Source: Candidatus Saccharimonadales bacterium
GTDB lineage: Bacteria; Patescibacteriota; Saccharimonadia; Saccharimonadales; 2-12-FULL-41-12
Assembly: GCA_025451045.1 (NCBI GenBank)
Contig: JANWLD010000001.1
Span: 5,812 to 69,811, forward strand
Reading direction: 5' to 3'
DNA length: 64,000 bases
The notes under the pieces were generated by a model. The model was not told where the DNA came from. It made no database searches and was given only the letters and a program-made list of their open reading frames with translations. Of the stretch, positions 9,922-19,373 are shown in pieces. A program made the translations under genes and the position numbers. Numbering within the stretch: position 1 is the stretch's first letter; the number at the start of each line of letters is the position of its first letter.

Positions 9922-9940
9922 AAGCCAAATTATAGCATAA

Positions 9941-10038
9941 GGGTAATAGATGTATGGGGTATAAAGTATTAGGTATGAAGCCAGCGGCTTCGCCGCTGTT
10001 CTTCTGTCGTTTCATACTATATACGTCATACGTTATAC
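9941..10038. repeat. Inverted period-7 arrays (GTAT/ATAC family) around a GC hairpin
   Basis: atgtatg gggtata aagtatt aggtatg ... cagcggc-ttc-gccgctg ... ttcatac tatatac gtcatac gttatac. Confidence 0.75.
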
Positions 10039-10862
10039 AAGCTCAGGTAGTGGTTAATTATTGAAGTGCCGAATAATTGGACGATTATTGCGGCCATTAT
10101 CAGAAACGGCCCGAAAGGAATCCGTGATTTAGGACCGATTTTTTTGGTAAACATCATTGGCAGGGAGTAAACCGTTCCCAGCAGTGACGCCAAAAACAGC
10201 ATCAACAGGGCCGGCCAGGGGCCGCCGACGAGCAACCCGAGCAAAAAGCCAAGCTTAACATCGCCGCCGCCTATCCAAGAGCCTTTTGAGACCTGAAATA
10301 GCACATAAAACAGCCCGCCGCCTATCAACATCCCAATGATACTACTCTTTATAATATCGGTGTCCTGAGCGGCTAACGCACTGATGACTACACCTAGTAT
10401 CGCAATAAATATTAGAGGAAAAATTACCTTATTCGGTAATATCATATATTTTATATCATATATGGTTAGTATCATGAAGCCAGCTACAAACACCAGCCAA
10501 AGGGCAAAAGCAGCTGCATTTTGGCCCGATGACAGGTCATACGGCCAAAACAAGTAGGAAAACACGAACAGTAGCACCGTAGAGGCCTCTACCAGCGGAT
10601 ATTGCGGACTGATAGGCTGATTACAATACCGGCATTTTCCGGCTAGTATCAGCCAGCTAAATAGCGGTATCAGGTCTTTGGCGCCCAACATATGGCCGCA
10701 GTGCGGACAAAGGCTTCGGCCGCTTCTGATGGAATATTTAGCCCTTTCGCTGTTAGCCGCCTTGGGATGTTCTTCCCGCCAGTGCAAACGATACACAAAA
10801 GCATTTATAAAACTTCCCAGGCACAAACCAAGAATAACCAAGCCGATTATTATCATTAGCAA
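10026..10862 (-). CDS. pilD: Prepilin peptidase
   Basis: GSFINA, CPHC..CRYC Zn site, IGGGDVKL, IPFGPF. Confidence 0.93.
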   Translation of the reverse strand: MLMIIIGLVILGLCLGSFINAFVYRLHWREEHPKAANSERAKYSIRSGRSLCPHCGHMLGAKDLIPLFSWLILAGKCRYCNQPISPQYPLVEASTVLLFVFSYLFWPYDLSSGQNAAAFALWLVFVAGFMILTIYDIKYMILPNKVIFPLIFIAILGVVISALAAQDTDIIKSSIIGMLIGGGLFYVLFQVSKGSWIGGGDVKLGFLLGLLVGGPWPALLMLFLASLLGTVYSLPMMFTKKIGPKSRIPFGPFLIMAAIIVQLFGTSIINHYLSLYNV

Positions 10863-10876
10863 TATGGTATCACACC

Positions 10877-10908
10877 AAAAGAAAACGGGGCTTATTGCCC
10901 CGCTTTTC
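10877..10908 (-). terminator. Intrinsic terminator after major pilin
   Basis: Minus strand gcggggc-aataa-gccccgt followed by tttctttt. Confidence 0.75.
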
Positions 10909-10924
10909 TAAGAAACCGTAGATG

Positions 10925-11377
10925 TTAACCCTGCTGGCAAGTCGATGTGAAAGTACCTGCACCAGTTTCAGTTCCATAGACCACTACTACAGCTCTTGCC
11001 GGACCTCCTTGTGCCACGGTACCGTTACAAGTCGCCCCCGTGTAAACTTGGGCGTGGTCGGTAGTTTCTGCAGTTGTAGCCATAGCAGCTAAGTTCCAGT
11101 TACCGGCTCCTGCCGCTGGTGCATTGGCATAGTATCCAACGTTAGTAACTGCATCAAGCTGGGCTGCTGTAGGTAAAGTCCCGTTGTTATTTGAAGCATA
11201 CTCAGCCACCCCTCCTAGCAAAGATGATATATCATTCTTCCTTTGCGTGTTACGGCTGTTTCTTTGAAGCGCCGGTACCGCTAAGAATACTATAAGCAAG
11301 ATAAGCCCTGCTATTGCTAACACAATCAAGACTTCGATGATTGTGAAGCCTTTTTGTTGTTTTTGTAATTTTTTCAT
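10925..11377 (-). CDS. Probable major type IV pilin
   Basis: KG|FTIIEVLIVLAI, 150 aa, C-terminal Cys pair, own RBS and terminator. Confidence 0.88.
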   Translation of the reverse strand: MKKLQKQQKGFTIIEVLIVLAIAGLILLIVFLAVPALQRNSRNTQRKNDISSLLGGVAEYASNNNGTLPTAAQLDAVTNVGYYANAPAAGAGNWNLAAMATTAETTDHAQVYTGATCNGTVAQGGPARAVVVVYGTETGAGTFTSTCQQG

Positions 11378-11455
11378 TATTTCCTCACCCTTTATACATT
11401 TAACTTCTTATGCTTTGAATATTACTGCATGAAAATACTAAATGCAAGCTTTTTT

Positions 11456-12676
11456 TTATTTAACTATGGTCTGGCCTGCCAAACCGTAGATTGGCAGAAG
11501 TACGGCCGCTACTACAATAAACGCGACTACACCTAATATAACCATCAGAACCGGCTCGATTATCGTTGAAATCGCCTTTATCTGGTTATCGACCTCTTTT
11601 TCGTAATAATCGGCAGTTTTTTCCAGCATATCTTCCAAAGCGCCCGATTCCTCCCCTATTCTAAGCATATTAGGTACCAGTACTAAAAAGTTCGGGTCGC
11701 CTTCCAGCGCAGTGGCCAGGGATTTGCCGCCCTTTACTTTCTCGATAGCGTTTTTAATCGACCTCTCTATATGCACATTGTTAATGGCCCGGCTGACCAC
11801 TTCCAGCATCTTGATAAGCGGTATTCCGCTGGAAACCAGCGTTGAACCGGTGCGCGCAAAACGAGCCATATAAACTTTCATAAACAACGGTCCAATCGGC
11901 GGGACGGTCATCTTGAGCTTGTCGATAACCTGTTTGCCCGGACCGGTACGGGCATAACGGGTAGTCGCGATAACAGCAATAATTATGAGTATTAATACCA
12001 CCCACCAGTACTTCGTGACAAAATGTGAAACACCTAAAAGAGCTTTGGTTATAAAAGGTAGGTTAGCGCCAGGGATGTCCTTGTAGATTACTTCCACTTG
12101 CGGCATGACTTTTACCACCATGAAGCCCACGACTCCGCCCATTACCAAAAGTACTATCGCCGGATAAGCCATAGCGCCGCGGATTTTACCGGCAATTTCG
12201 GCGTCCTTTTCCTGTTGGTTGGCGATGCGCTCCAAGGCGTTATCTAAAGTTCCAGACACTTCTCCAGCGGCAACCATGTTGATGTAAACATCATTAAAAA
12301 CCCTTGGATGCTGAGATAAAGCTTCAGACAAGGCTTTCCCGCCTTCTACATCGGTAATAATCTGGTTGATTACTACTTTGAACGCTTTGTTCTCGGTTTG
12401 GCTTACTACGTTGCGCAGGCTTTGGACCAAAGGCAGGCCGGCATTAATCAGCGTTGACATCTGGCGTGAAAAAATCACCTTGTCTTTGGTCGCAATACGG
12501 TTTCTGAATTTGGAAATAGGGTTAGAAGAAGGGCCAGTAAGCGGTTTTATCTCAAGAGGCGCCAAGCCTTCTTTGCGGATAAGTTTGGCGGCGGCGGCTT
12601 CGTTGTCGGCTTGTACTTCTGCTTTTATTTTTTGGCCGGTTGCCGGATCCCGCGCCGTATATGAAAAAGTTAACAC
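11456..12676 (-). CDS. pilC: Type IV pilus platform protein (GspF family)
   Basis: FSRQMSTLINAGLPL, AGEVSGTL, GEESGAL, IEP motifs. Confidence 0.93.
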   Translation of the reverse strand: MLTFSYTARDPATGQKIKAEVQADNEAAAAKLIRKEGLAPLEIKPLTGPSSNPISKFRNRIATKDKVIFSRQMSTLINAGLPLVQSLRNVVSQTENKAFKVVINQIITDVEGGKALSEALSQHPRVFNDVYINMVAAGEVSGTLDNALERIANQQEKDAEIAGKIRGAMAYPAIVLLVMGGVVGFMVVKVMPQVEVIYKDIPGANLPFITKALLGVSHFVTKYWWVVLILIIIAVIATTRYARTGPGKQVIDKLKMTVPPIGPLFMKVYMARFARTGSTLVSSGIPLIKMLEVVSRAINNVHIERSIKNAIEKVKGGKSLATALEGDPNFLVLVPNMLRIGEESGALEDMLEKTADYYEKEVDNQIKAISTIIEPVLMVILGVVAFIVVAAVLLPIYGLAGQTIVK

Positions 12677-12695
12677 GTCGCAACCTCCGGTTGCT

Positions 12696-12765
12696 TAGGT
12701 TCTAGCGAATAGGGACTAGTGAATAGGCCAAACCCTAAAACCTCTAACCTATGACCTATGACCTT
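12696..12765. repeat. Empty 5+5 inverted heptamer cassette (TAGGTNN family)
   Basis: taggttc tagcgaa tagggac tagtgaa taggcca | aacccta aaacctc taaccta tgaccta tgacctt. Confidence 0.85.
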
Positions 12766-12793
12766 ATGATGTTGAGTAAAGCGAGACATCATT

Positions 12794-13876
12794 TTAGCTT
12801 CTCATTAACCTGTCTAATTCTTCTATATCTATGGCAAAGTTACGGGCTTCGTCATAAGTAATGGTACCGGCATGTATCAGGCTGACTAAAGTTTTGTCCA
12901 TGGATTGCATTCCATGTTCCGCGCCGGTTTGGATTACCGCGTCAAGCTGGTGGCTTTTGCCTTCTCGAACTATATTTCTTACGGCCGGAGTAGCTATCAG
13001 CACTTCTGCCGCCGCTATTCTGCCGCCGCCAATGGTAGGTACAAGCCGCTGGGCGCAAATGGCCATTAATATATTACTGAGCTGGGCTCGTATTTGCGGT
13101 TGCTGGTGGGGCGGGAACACGTCTATCATACGGTCAATACTCTGAGACGCGCTGTTAGTATGAAGCGTCGCGAACACAAGGTGCCCTGTTTCAGCGATAG
13201 TTATAGCCGCCGCGATAGTTTCCAAATCGCGCATTTCACCGATAAGAACCACATCGGGGTCCTGGCGCAGACTGCTACGAAGCGCGGCTGAAAACGAATA
13301 AGTGTCATAATGGACTTCACGCTGGACAACTACAGCTTTCTTGCTTTTGTGGGTGTATTCTATGGGGTCTTCAATCGTTACTATATGCGAAGGCCGCTCA
13401 CTGTTAATCTGGTCCACCAAAGCCGCCAAAGTCGTGGACTTGCCAGAGCCGGTTGGGCCGGTAACCAATACCAGTCCCCGTGGATATTCGGAAAACTTTT
13501 CTATGGTTTTGGGCAATCCCAGTTGGGCAATTGTACGGATTTCATTAGGAATTAACCTTAAAGCCGCCGCGAGGTTGCCGCGCTCATGGAAGGCATTGAC
13601 CCTGAATCGTCCAAGGTCGCCAAAAGCAAAGCTGAAATCAAATTCCTTGTCTTTGAGCAAAATCTGCTTTTGCTCATCGTCTAAAATAGCAAATATCAAC
13701 GTTTCGACGGACTCTTCTGTCAGCGCCGGCGCGCCATGGACGGCTATCAGACTGCCGTCGATCCGAAGCATTGGCGGCAAACCGACTTGAATATGCAAGT
13801 CCGAGGCGTTCTTTTTGATTACGTCTTCCAACAGTATTTCTATTTTCAGATCAGCTCCAGCCATGTTATATCCCAT
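12794..13876 (-). CDS. pilT: Pilus retraction ATPase
   Basis: GPTGSGKST, TIEDPIEY, LRQDPDV, AVRNIVRE. Confidence 0.95.
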   Translation of the reverse strand: MGYNMAGADLKIEILLEDVIKKNASDLHIQVGLPPMLRIDGSLIAVHGAPALTEESVETLIFAILDDEQKQILLKDKEFDFSFAFGDLGRFRVNAFHERGNLAAALRLIPNEIRTIAQLGLPKTIEKFSEYPRGLVLVTGPTGSGKSTTLAALVDQINSERPSHIVTIEDPIEYTHKSKKAVVVQREVHYDTYSFSAALRSSLRQDPDVVLIGEMRDLETIAAAITIAETGHLVFATLHTNSASQSIDRMIDVFPPHQQPQIRAQLSNILMAICAQRLVPTIGGGRIAAAEVLIATPAVRNIVREGKSHQLDAVIQTGAEHGMQSMDKTLVSLIHAGTITYDEARNFAIDIEELDRLMRS

Positions 13877-13883
13877 CCTTCAT

Positions 13884-15680
13884 TTACGCGTTATCCTCCG
13901 CCGCCACGCGGTTAACTTCGGCTATTGAGGTATATCCGGCCAGTGCCTTAAGGTAACCGTCTTCTCTCATAGTTACCATGCCATTAGCTACCGCCGCTTT
14001 TTGTATTTCGGTGCTTGTGGAGTGTTTGAGTATCAGTTGTTGAATCATCTCATCCACCTGAAAGACCTCGTATAACCCCATGCGACCTTTGTACCCCCCT
14101 GGTGTCTCCGGGCTATCTTTACCCTTGAACAAAGTATAACCGTTTTGGCTGGCCAGAGGCAAGTCCGGGAAACCGAGATCTTCAATGACAGCTTTTCTTG
14201 AAGCCTCGTCCTTTGGTAGCAAGCGGCCGATACTTTTTTGTACGGCTTCCGTTTCGATAACATCGGACTGATATTTTTCCTTGCTGTCAGCTAGCCGGCG
14301 TACCAGCCGCTGGCCGATGACAGTATGCACGGTCGAGGCTATCAAAAACGGCTCTATCCCCATATCGAGCAACCGCGGCAAGATGCCCGCAGCCGAATTG
14401 GTATGAAGAGTAGAAAATACCAAGTGGCCGGTCAATGCGGCCTGTACAGCCAACGTAGCGGTTTCTTTGTCGCGGATTTCTCCAATCATTACCACATCGG
14501 GGTCCTGGCGCAGGATTGATCTTAGGCCAGACGCAAAGGTCAAGCCAACTTCCGGATTAACTTGTATCTGGTTAATCCCGTCCATTTTATATTCCACAGG
14601 GTCTTCAAGCGTAACGATATTTATAGTGTCATTTTTTATTTCCTGGATAAGCGCGTACAACGAAGTTGACTTGCCCGAGCCGGTCGGGCCGGATGTAAGT
14701 ATCATTCCGTTTGGTCTTTTAATACTTCTTCTAATGGTCCGAAGCGCGCGGCCATGATAGCCCATGTCTTCAAGCTTTAGGCTGGTGCCGGTCTTGTCCA
14801 GCAACCTGATAACAACTTGCTCCCCCCATACGACTGGCGATATAGCGATACGCAAATCAATAGCAGTATCCTGATCGATTGCCACAGTAAATCCGCCGTC
14901 TTGAGGTATTCTGTGTTCATCAATTTTTAGATTGCTCAAGATTTTTATTCGGGAAATCAATGGCGGTTCTGTGGATTTTGGAAGTTTCATTATTTCGCGC
15001 AAAACGCCGTCTATCCGACAGCGGATTTTTAGTTCATGTTCCAGCGGTTCAATATGGACGTCACTAGCGCGGTGCTTGGCGGCATATTCCAAAATAGTGG
15101 AAAGTGCCTTGCTGATTGGAGAATCTTCTACGATGGTTTTTATTTGGGTTTCAGCTTTGGTTTTGGTTTTGTCAACTAGCAGTTGCTGGACATCTATGGA
15201 GTCGCTCATTGCCTTGGCCACGTCTGCTTCTACATCGTCGGCATATTGGCGCAAGACTTGTCTTATACCTTGCTCGCTGGCTGTGTAAACTTTAATCGGG
15301 CGGTTTATCCTCTTCGCCAGATAATCCACGGCCTGGACGTTGTCCGCGTCCAACATGGCTACTACCAGCCTGCCCTTTATTTGTCCAAGCGGTACGGCCA
15401 TGTATCTTTCAGCTATTTCCTTTGGTATTACCCTTAGTAATCTTTTATCAATACGCGCGTCCATCAGGTTTACATACGGTATATGATTGACTTTCGCGAT
15501 AATCTTGGTCAAGGCTTCGTTGGGTAAATGGCCTTCCTTTACCAAAAATCCGAAAAAGGGCGTAGATGAAGTCTTGGCTTTTTCTTTAAGAACAGCCAAT
15601 TTAGCATCTGTAAGATACCCCTCTTTGACCAAGTTTTCTTCTACCATTTTCTGGCTAGCTACTGATAAAACACTACTCAT
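13884..15680 (-). CDS. pilB: Pilus assembly ATPase (GspE/PilB)
   Basis: ASDVHIEP, PQDG, GPTGSGKS, LRQDPD, GYKGR. Confidence 0.93.
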   Translation of the reverse strand: MSSVLSVASQKMVEENLVKEGYLTDAKLAVLKEKAKTSSTPFFGFLVKEGHLPNEALTKIIAKVNHIPYVNLMDARIDKRLLRVIPKEIAERYMAVPLGQIKGRLVVAMLDADNVQAVDYLAKRINRPIKVYTASEQGIRQVLRQYADDVEADVAKAMSDSIDVQQLLVDKTKTKAETQIKTIVEDSPISKALSTILEYAAKHRASDVHIEPLEHELKIRCRIDGVLREIMKLPKSTEPPLISRIKILSNLKIDEHRIPQDGGFTVAIDQDTAIDLRIAISPVVWGEQVVIRLLDKTGTSLKLEDMGYHGRALRTIRRSIKRPNGMILTSGPTGSGKSTSLYALIQEIKNDTINIVTLEDPVEYKMDGINQIQVNPEVGLTFASGLRSILRQDPDVVMIGEIRDKETATLAVQAALTGHLVFSTLHTNSAAGILPRLLDMGIEPFLIASTVHTVIGQRLVRRLADSKEKYQSDVIETEAVQKSIGRLLPKDEASRKAVIEDLGFPDLPLASQNGYTLFKGKDSPETPGGYKGRMGLYEVFQVDEMIQQLILKHSTSTEIQKAAVANGMVTMREDGYLKALAGYTSIAEVNRVAAEDNA

Positions 15681-16072
15681 TTGTTTTGACCTCCGTCAAA
15701 ACTAGGTTCTAGGTCATAGGTTTTAGGTTCTAGATTCTTATATAAGGAAAAAAGCATTTTCTGAATTTCCGTTAAACTGCCTATTAAATTACCGACTTCT
15801 CGCTTGTAAACATCTTGTGCAATCAATAGCTGGGTCTCGAGTTCTCCAGCTGAGCCGCGGGCTATATTTAAAAATTGCCTATACTCTTTTCTGCTATTCC
15901 TTTGATTTCCTTCGGCTATATTACTGGGTATTGAAACTGCGCATCGTTGCAATTGGCTTGATAGACCAAATTGCTCTGTTTTGGGTAGTTTGGCGGTAAA
16001 TTTATAGACATCCTTGGACAATTGAAAAGATTTCTGCCAAACAATTAAGTCTTTGTAAGAAGAAATAACCAT
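15677..16072 (-). CDS. Four-helix-bundle protein (23S rRNA IVS/Avd-like family)
   Basis: SYKDLIVWQKS, EQFGLSSQLQRCAVSIPSNIAEG, IARGSAGELETQL. Confidence 0.92.
   Translation of the reverse strand: MVISSYKDLIVWQKSFQLSKDVYKFTAKLPKTEQFGLSSQLQRCAVSIPSNIAEGNQRNSRKEYRQFLNIARGSAGELETQLLIAQDVYKREVGNLIGSLTEIQKMLFSLYKNLEPKTYDLEPSFDGGQNK
15703..15737. repeat. 5x heptamer arm at 3' end of four-helix gene 1
   Basis: taggttc taggtca taggttt taggttc tagattc. Confidence 0.9.
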
Positions 16073-16111
16073 TAGTATTAACTATAACCTACCGTTAGCG
16101 TTGTATCCATA

Positions 16112-16146
16112 AAACCTAACCCCTGTCCCCTACAACCTACTCCCTA
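16112..16146. repeat. 5x heptamer arm upstream of four-helix gene 1 (inverted relative to 15703)
   Basis: aaaccta acccctg tccccta caaccta ctcccta. Confidence 0.85.
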
Positions 16147-16150
16147 TTCT

Positions 16151-16387
16151 TTAAAATGGTTGCGGATTAGTTGTGTCGCCTATCTGTATAAGCTTGGTCG
16201 GGTCTATGGCATTGTTGTTAAATACTGCCGGGTCAGGTGTTTGAAAATCCGCGTTTATTGGTTGGACAGTTTCAGCTGTAAGGTTACGTTGGCTAGCGGA
16301 AGTAAAGAATATTTTTGAAATCACCACAGAGAACACCGCCGCGAACACAGCAACTATGACAATTACCATGATGTCTTTGCGTCGCAT
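16151..16387 (-). CDS. Small membrane-anchored pilus-operon protein
   Basis: 78 aa, N-terminal TM, coupled to the upstream PilO-like stop. Confidence 0.7.
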   Translation of the reverse strand: MRRKDIMVIVIVAVFAAVFSVVISKIFFTSASQRNLTAETVQPINADFQTPDPAVFNNNAIDPTKLIQIGDTTNPQPF

Positions 16388-17055
16388 TATTTCACTACCT
16401 CGCTTTTGACATTAAGGTTTTTTTCCGGCTGGAAGAAAGTTTTGGCTGTAATTGTAACTTTCAATTGCCCGCCCTGGCTTGTTAATGCAAGCTGATGTAT
16501 TTGCATCGGCCTGATTGAGCGCTCAAATAACTGCATCAATTCTTTTACTCGCTGGTCTCCGGTTGCAACTTCCACGCTGAAAGGCATTTCAACGGGTTTT
16601 GGCTCTTCCGAGGTACCTTTGGCGGATTGGCTCACTTCATCGTCATTACCGGTAATCGAAGTTATGCTGTAGTCGTGGTCTTTAAGAAGTTTTTCTATGC
16701 TGGTTGTTAGGGCCGGAAAGTCATATTTGCTTGGCAACGCATCTAGTATTATGCGCGGGTTATCCCCGTCCTTGTCGGCATCACCCTGTGGATTTCCTCC
16801 AAGTACATTGGTGGTTTCATTAGAAAACGCTTCGTAAGATGTAACTAGCTGGTCGGAAGCTGCCAAGTTATCCTTGAGGGTGTGGAGGGCTTTTTCCTTC
16901 TGCGATGAAACTTTGCTTTGGTATCTCATCTGCGAATAAAGCGCTTTGGAAGCTACTAGCGAAAATACCGCCAGAAAAGTAGCTATACCGATAGCCAAAA
17001 TTATCGTGGCATAAGCTTTGTCTATGGCCAGTTTCTTGGTTGAGAACTGCGGCAT
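16387..17055 (-). CDS. PilO-like alignment protein
   Basis: TM + coiled coil + ALP..FERSIRP; follows pilM and PilN-like genes. Confidence 0.7.
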   Translation of the reverse strand: MPQFSTKKLAIDKAYATIILAIGIATFLAVFSLVASKALYSQMRYQSKVSSQKEKALHTLKDNLAASDQLVTSYEAFSNETTNVLGGNPQGDADKDGDNPRIILDALPSKYDFPALTTSIEKLLKDHDYSITSITGNDDEVSQSAKGTSEEPKPVEMPFSVEVATGDQRVKELMQLFERSIRPMQIHQLALTSQGGQLKVTITAKTFFQPEKNLNVKSEVVK

Positions 17056-17792
17056 TAGTTACCTCCCCCTTGGTCAGGTTGTGGAACAAACAGGTTGCTA
17101 GGTTTTTCCGTTTCCGATCGGGTGGTGATTTTCTTTGGTATATTCAATTTTACTGCTTTGCCTTCGCTGTCGCCTTGCGCCAGGTTCTTTACGTTTGAGA
17201 AAATAGCCGGGTCAAAGGAAAACTGAAGTTCGTAGGTTATATCGCCCTGTCCTTGCTGGCTACCGACAGAGTTAACAGCAAATGACTGTAAGACGACGTT
17301 GCTGAACGCCTTGCCCTCGCTCGGGTTGTCGCCGGATACCTGGAAATCAGTAAACTTCAAAGTGTCGGCAAATTTATTAACCGTGCTAAGCGCGTCAGCA
17401 TTGCCCTTAATAACTATAGTGTTCGCATCAAAATCAACGTCAACATCGGAAATAGTCGCTTGCGAAGGAGTAGTTTGGACTAGATAATCAAACAGCCTGG
17501 AGCTAATCACCTTGTGTTCATGGAGCTCCGGCAAGCTGTTAAGTTGGTTTTGTATCGTCAATATTTTGTCCAAATCCTGTTTTTGTTTAAGCTCTTCCGT
17601 AGCCGACGCGATATCTTTGGTCAGTGCCGTAACATAATGCTTCTGTGAAAACCGCACATAGATAAACAGCGCGATAAAGATTACCAAAAAGAAAGCCGAG
17701 ATGATAGCCGAAAGCCCTATCATTAGGCGTTTTTGCCGCTTGGCGCGAATATAGTGAAGTTTTACGTCCGGCAGTAAGTTTAATTGCGCCAT
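17055..17792 (-). CDS. PilN-like alignment protein
   Basis: N-terminal LNLLP motif then TM. Confidence 0.8.
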   Translation of the reverse strand: MAQLNLLPDVKLHYIRAKRQKRLMIGLSAIISAFFLVIFIALFIYVRFSQKHYVTALTKDIASATEELKQKQDLDKILTIQNQLNSLPELHEHKVISSRLFDYLVQTTPSQATISDVDVDFDANTIVIKGNADALSTVNKFADTLKFTDFQVSGDNPSEGKAFSNVVLQSFAVNSVGSQQGQGDITYELQFSFDPAIFSNVKNLAQGDSEGKAVKLNIPKKITTRSETEKPSNLFVPQPDQGGGN

Positions 17793-18832
17793 TATTCGTT
17801 TCTCTCCGCCAGTCCAACCGCTACGCTAAATGTATTTGATACGGCCATAAGTTCGTTTTGTTTCTGCTGGGGATAAGCAACCCCAGCCCACGCATTGCCG
17901 ATTTCCACCTCTATGCCAAATTTGTTAGCAATATACAGGGGAAACTCGGGCAAAGTCGAGGCCGCTCCGGACAAGACAATCCGTTCCATTTTGGCGTCCT
18001 GATACCGGCTTTGGAAGAACTTGATTGACTTGCTTATATCCGTAACCAGCAAATCAACCGTGTTGATAATCCCTTGGTAAATTTGTCCTTCTAGTTTTTC
18101 TTGGCTTAGTCCGAATTTGTAAACAAAATCTTTGGCTTGAACTTCATCTATATTAAGATTCTGGCTGGCCGCCCGGATAAAAGCTTCCGAGCCAGTTGGT
18201 ATGGAACGTGTAAGCCGGGGAATACCTTTCATAGTAATTACTATGTCGGTAGCTGTCTCCCCTACATCAACTAATAGATGGGGCGCTGTAGTTCCGGGAC
18301 GTATCAAAGACCGTGCCAAAGCCAAATTATCCGGCTCAAAGGCTATAACATTAAGGCCGATCCCTTCCAATATATCCAATCTCTTTTCAGCGAAGTCGTT
18401 CGATACGCTGGTTATTAGCACTTCAACCTTGTTAGCATCCACCGGCGAATCGCCCAAAAGGGCCCAGTCTATCTTGGACTCGGCAGGCGGCGTAGGTATA
18501 ATCGAATCCGCTTGATATTCAATAGTCTTTCCTAGCTCCGCCGGAGCCAGACGTTCAATATCAATAATGGAAGTAAAAACCCTTGATGATGGCAAGCCTA
18601 CGGCAACATCCTTGGCATGGATACCGGTAGTAGACAGAAGTTGTTTGATTGCTTGTGCGAGTTTCTGCTGGTCTGCTTTTGAGTCACTTTCGGAAGCTTT
18701 GCGTTCTATCGGGGCAGAGCCATAACGAAGAAGCTGTTTATTGCTCGGGGTGTTAGATAGTTGAACTACCCTAATACCGGTAGTACCAATATCAAGGCCA
18801 AAAAACTCATTTACCCCGCTCAATAAACTCAT
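17792..18832 (-). CDS. pilM: Type IV pilus assembly protein PilM
   Basis: GLDIGT, LVDVG, LSGAA, AVGLA actin-like motifs. Confidence 0.92.
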   Translation of the reverse strand: MSLLSGVNEFFGLDIGTTGIRVVQLSNTPSNKQLLRYGSAPIERKASESDSKADQQKLAQAIKQLLSTTGIHAKDVAVGLPSSRVFTSIIDIERLAPAELGKTIEYQADSIIPTPPAESKIDWALLGDSPVDANKVEVLITSVSNDFAEKRLDILEGIGLNVIAFEPDNLALARSLIRPGTTAPHLLVDVGETATDIVITMKGIPRLTRSIPTGSEAFIRAASQNLNIDEVQAKDFVYKFGLSQEKLEGQIYQGIINTVDLLVTDISKSIKFFQSRYQDAKMERIVLSGAASTLPEFPLYIANKFGIEVEIGNAWAGVAYPQQKQNELMAVSNTFSVAVGLAERNE

Positions 18833-18852
18833 AGAGCAAGCCCCCTTTGCTG

Positions 18853-18880
18853 AGGTATGAAGTATGGATTATTTTGTATG
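18853..18880. repeat. Period-7 array (GTAT family) in pilM leader
   Basis: aggtatg aagtatg gattatt ttgtatg. Confidence 0.6.
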
Positions 18881-18975
18881 CTGTGCTTATTTTGTTTTTT
18901 TTGACTTATCATCGTAGCCCACCCTCTCTCGGCGAGAGGTTCTAACAATACCTCCGAATTATATCATAAGCATAA

Positions 18976-19010
18976 TAAGCTACAAGCTCAAAGCTAAGAG
19001 CTGAGAGCTG
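18976..19010. repeat. 5x heptamer arm upstream of four-helix gene 2 (AGCT family)
   Basis: taagcta caagctc aaagcta agagctg agagctg. Confidence 0.9.
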
Positions 19011-19028
19011 AAATGATAAAATGTCCGG

Positions 19029-19373
19029 ATGGTTACCCAATCGTTCAAAGATCTAATCGTCTGGGAAAAATCAAATAAGCTGGCCGTGGATATTTATAAA
19101 ACCTTTTCTAGTTGCAAGGACTTTAGTTTTCGAGACCAAATACAACGAGCGTCTGTATCTATTATGAATAACATTGCCGAAGGTTATGCCCGAAGGAGTG
19201 ATGCCGCTTTCAAGAATTTTTTAAAAATTGCCAAAGGCTCAGCGGCATAAGTTGAGTCTATGCTTTTTCTAGCAGAAGAATTAGAATACATCAACAAGCT
19301 ATCCCAAGAAAAACTAACTGAGCAAACAGAAGAGGTGTCAAAACTGCTTTCCGGATTCATAAAAAAGCTCTAG
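19029..19373 (+). pseudogene. Four-helix-bundle protein with in-frame TAA at 19248-19250
   Basis: SFKDLIVWEKS..DQIQRASVSIMNNIAEG..KGSAA*VESMLFLAEELEYI..SKLLSGFIKKL*; the frame continues with family-typical sequence after the stop. Confidence 0.85.

Noticed and set aside
5241..11377. Pilin shufflon or integrated island driven by the tyrosine recombinase near tRNA-Arg
   Set aside because: The protein looks like a housekeeping Xer; I found no inverted pilin cassettes, repeated crossover sites or duplicated tRNA 3' end.
12671..12787. Tiny minus-strand ORF running through the empty pilT-pilC cassette
   Set aside because: Its sequence is dictated by the repeat, and there is no independent evidence of coding.
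19248..19250. Alternative genetic code or programmed readthrough
   Set aside because: TAA, TAG and TGA all end conserved genes normally here; a single G>T change explains the stop.
15677..19373. Diversity-generating retroelement suggested by Avd-like genes near pilins
   Set aside because: No reverse transcriptase and no TR/VR pair with adenine-specific mismatches seen in the window.
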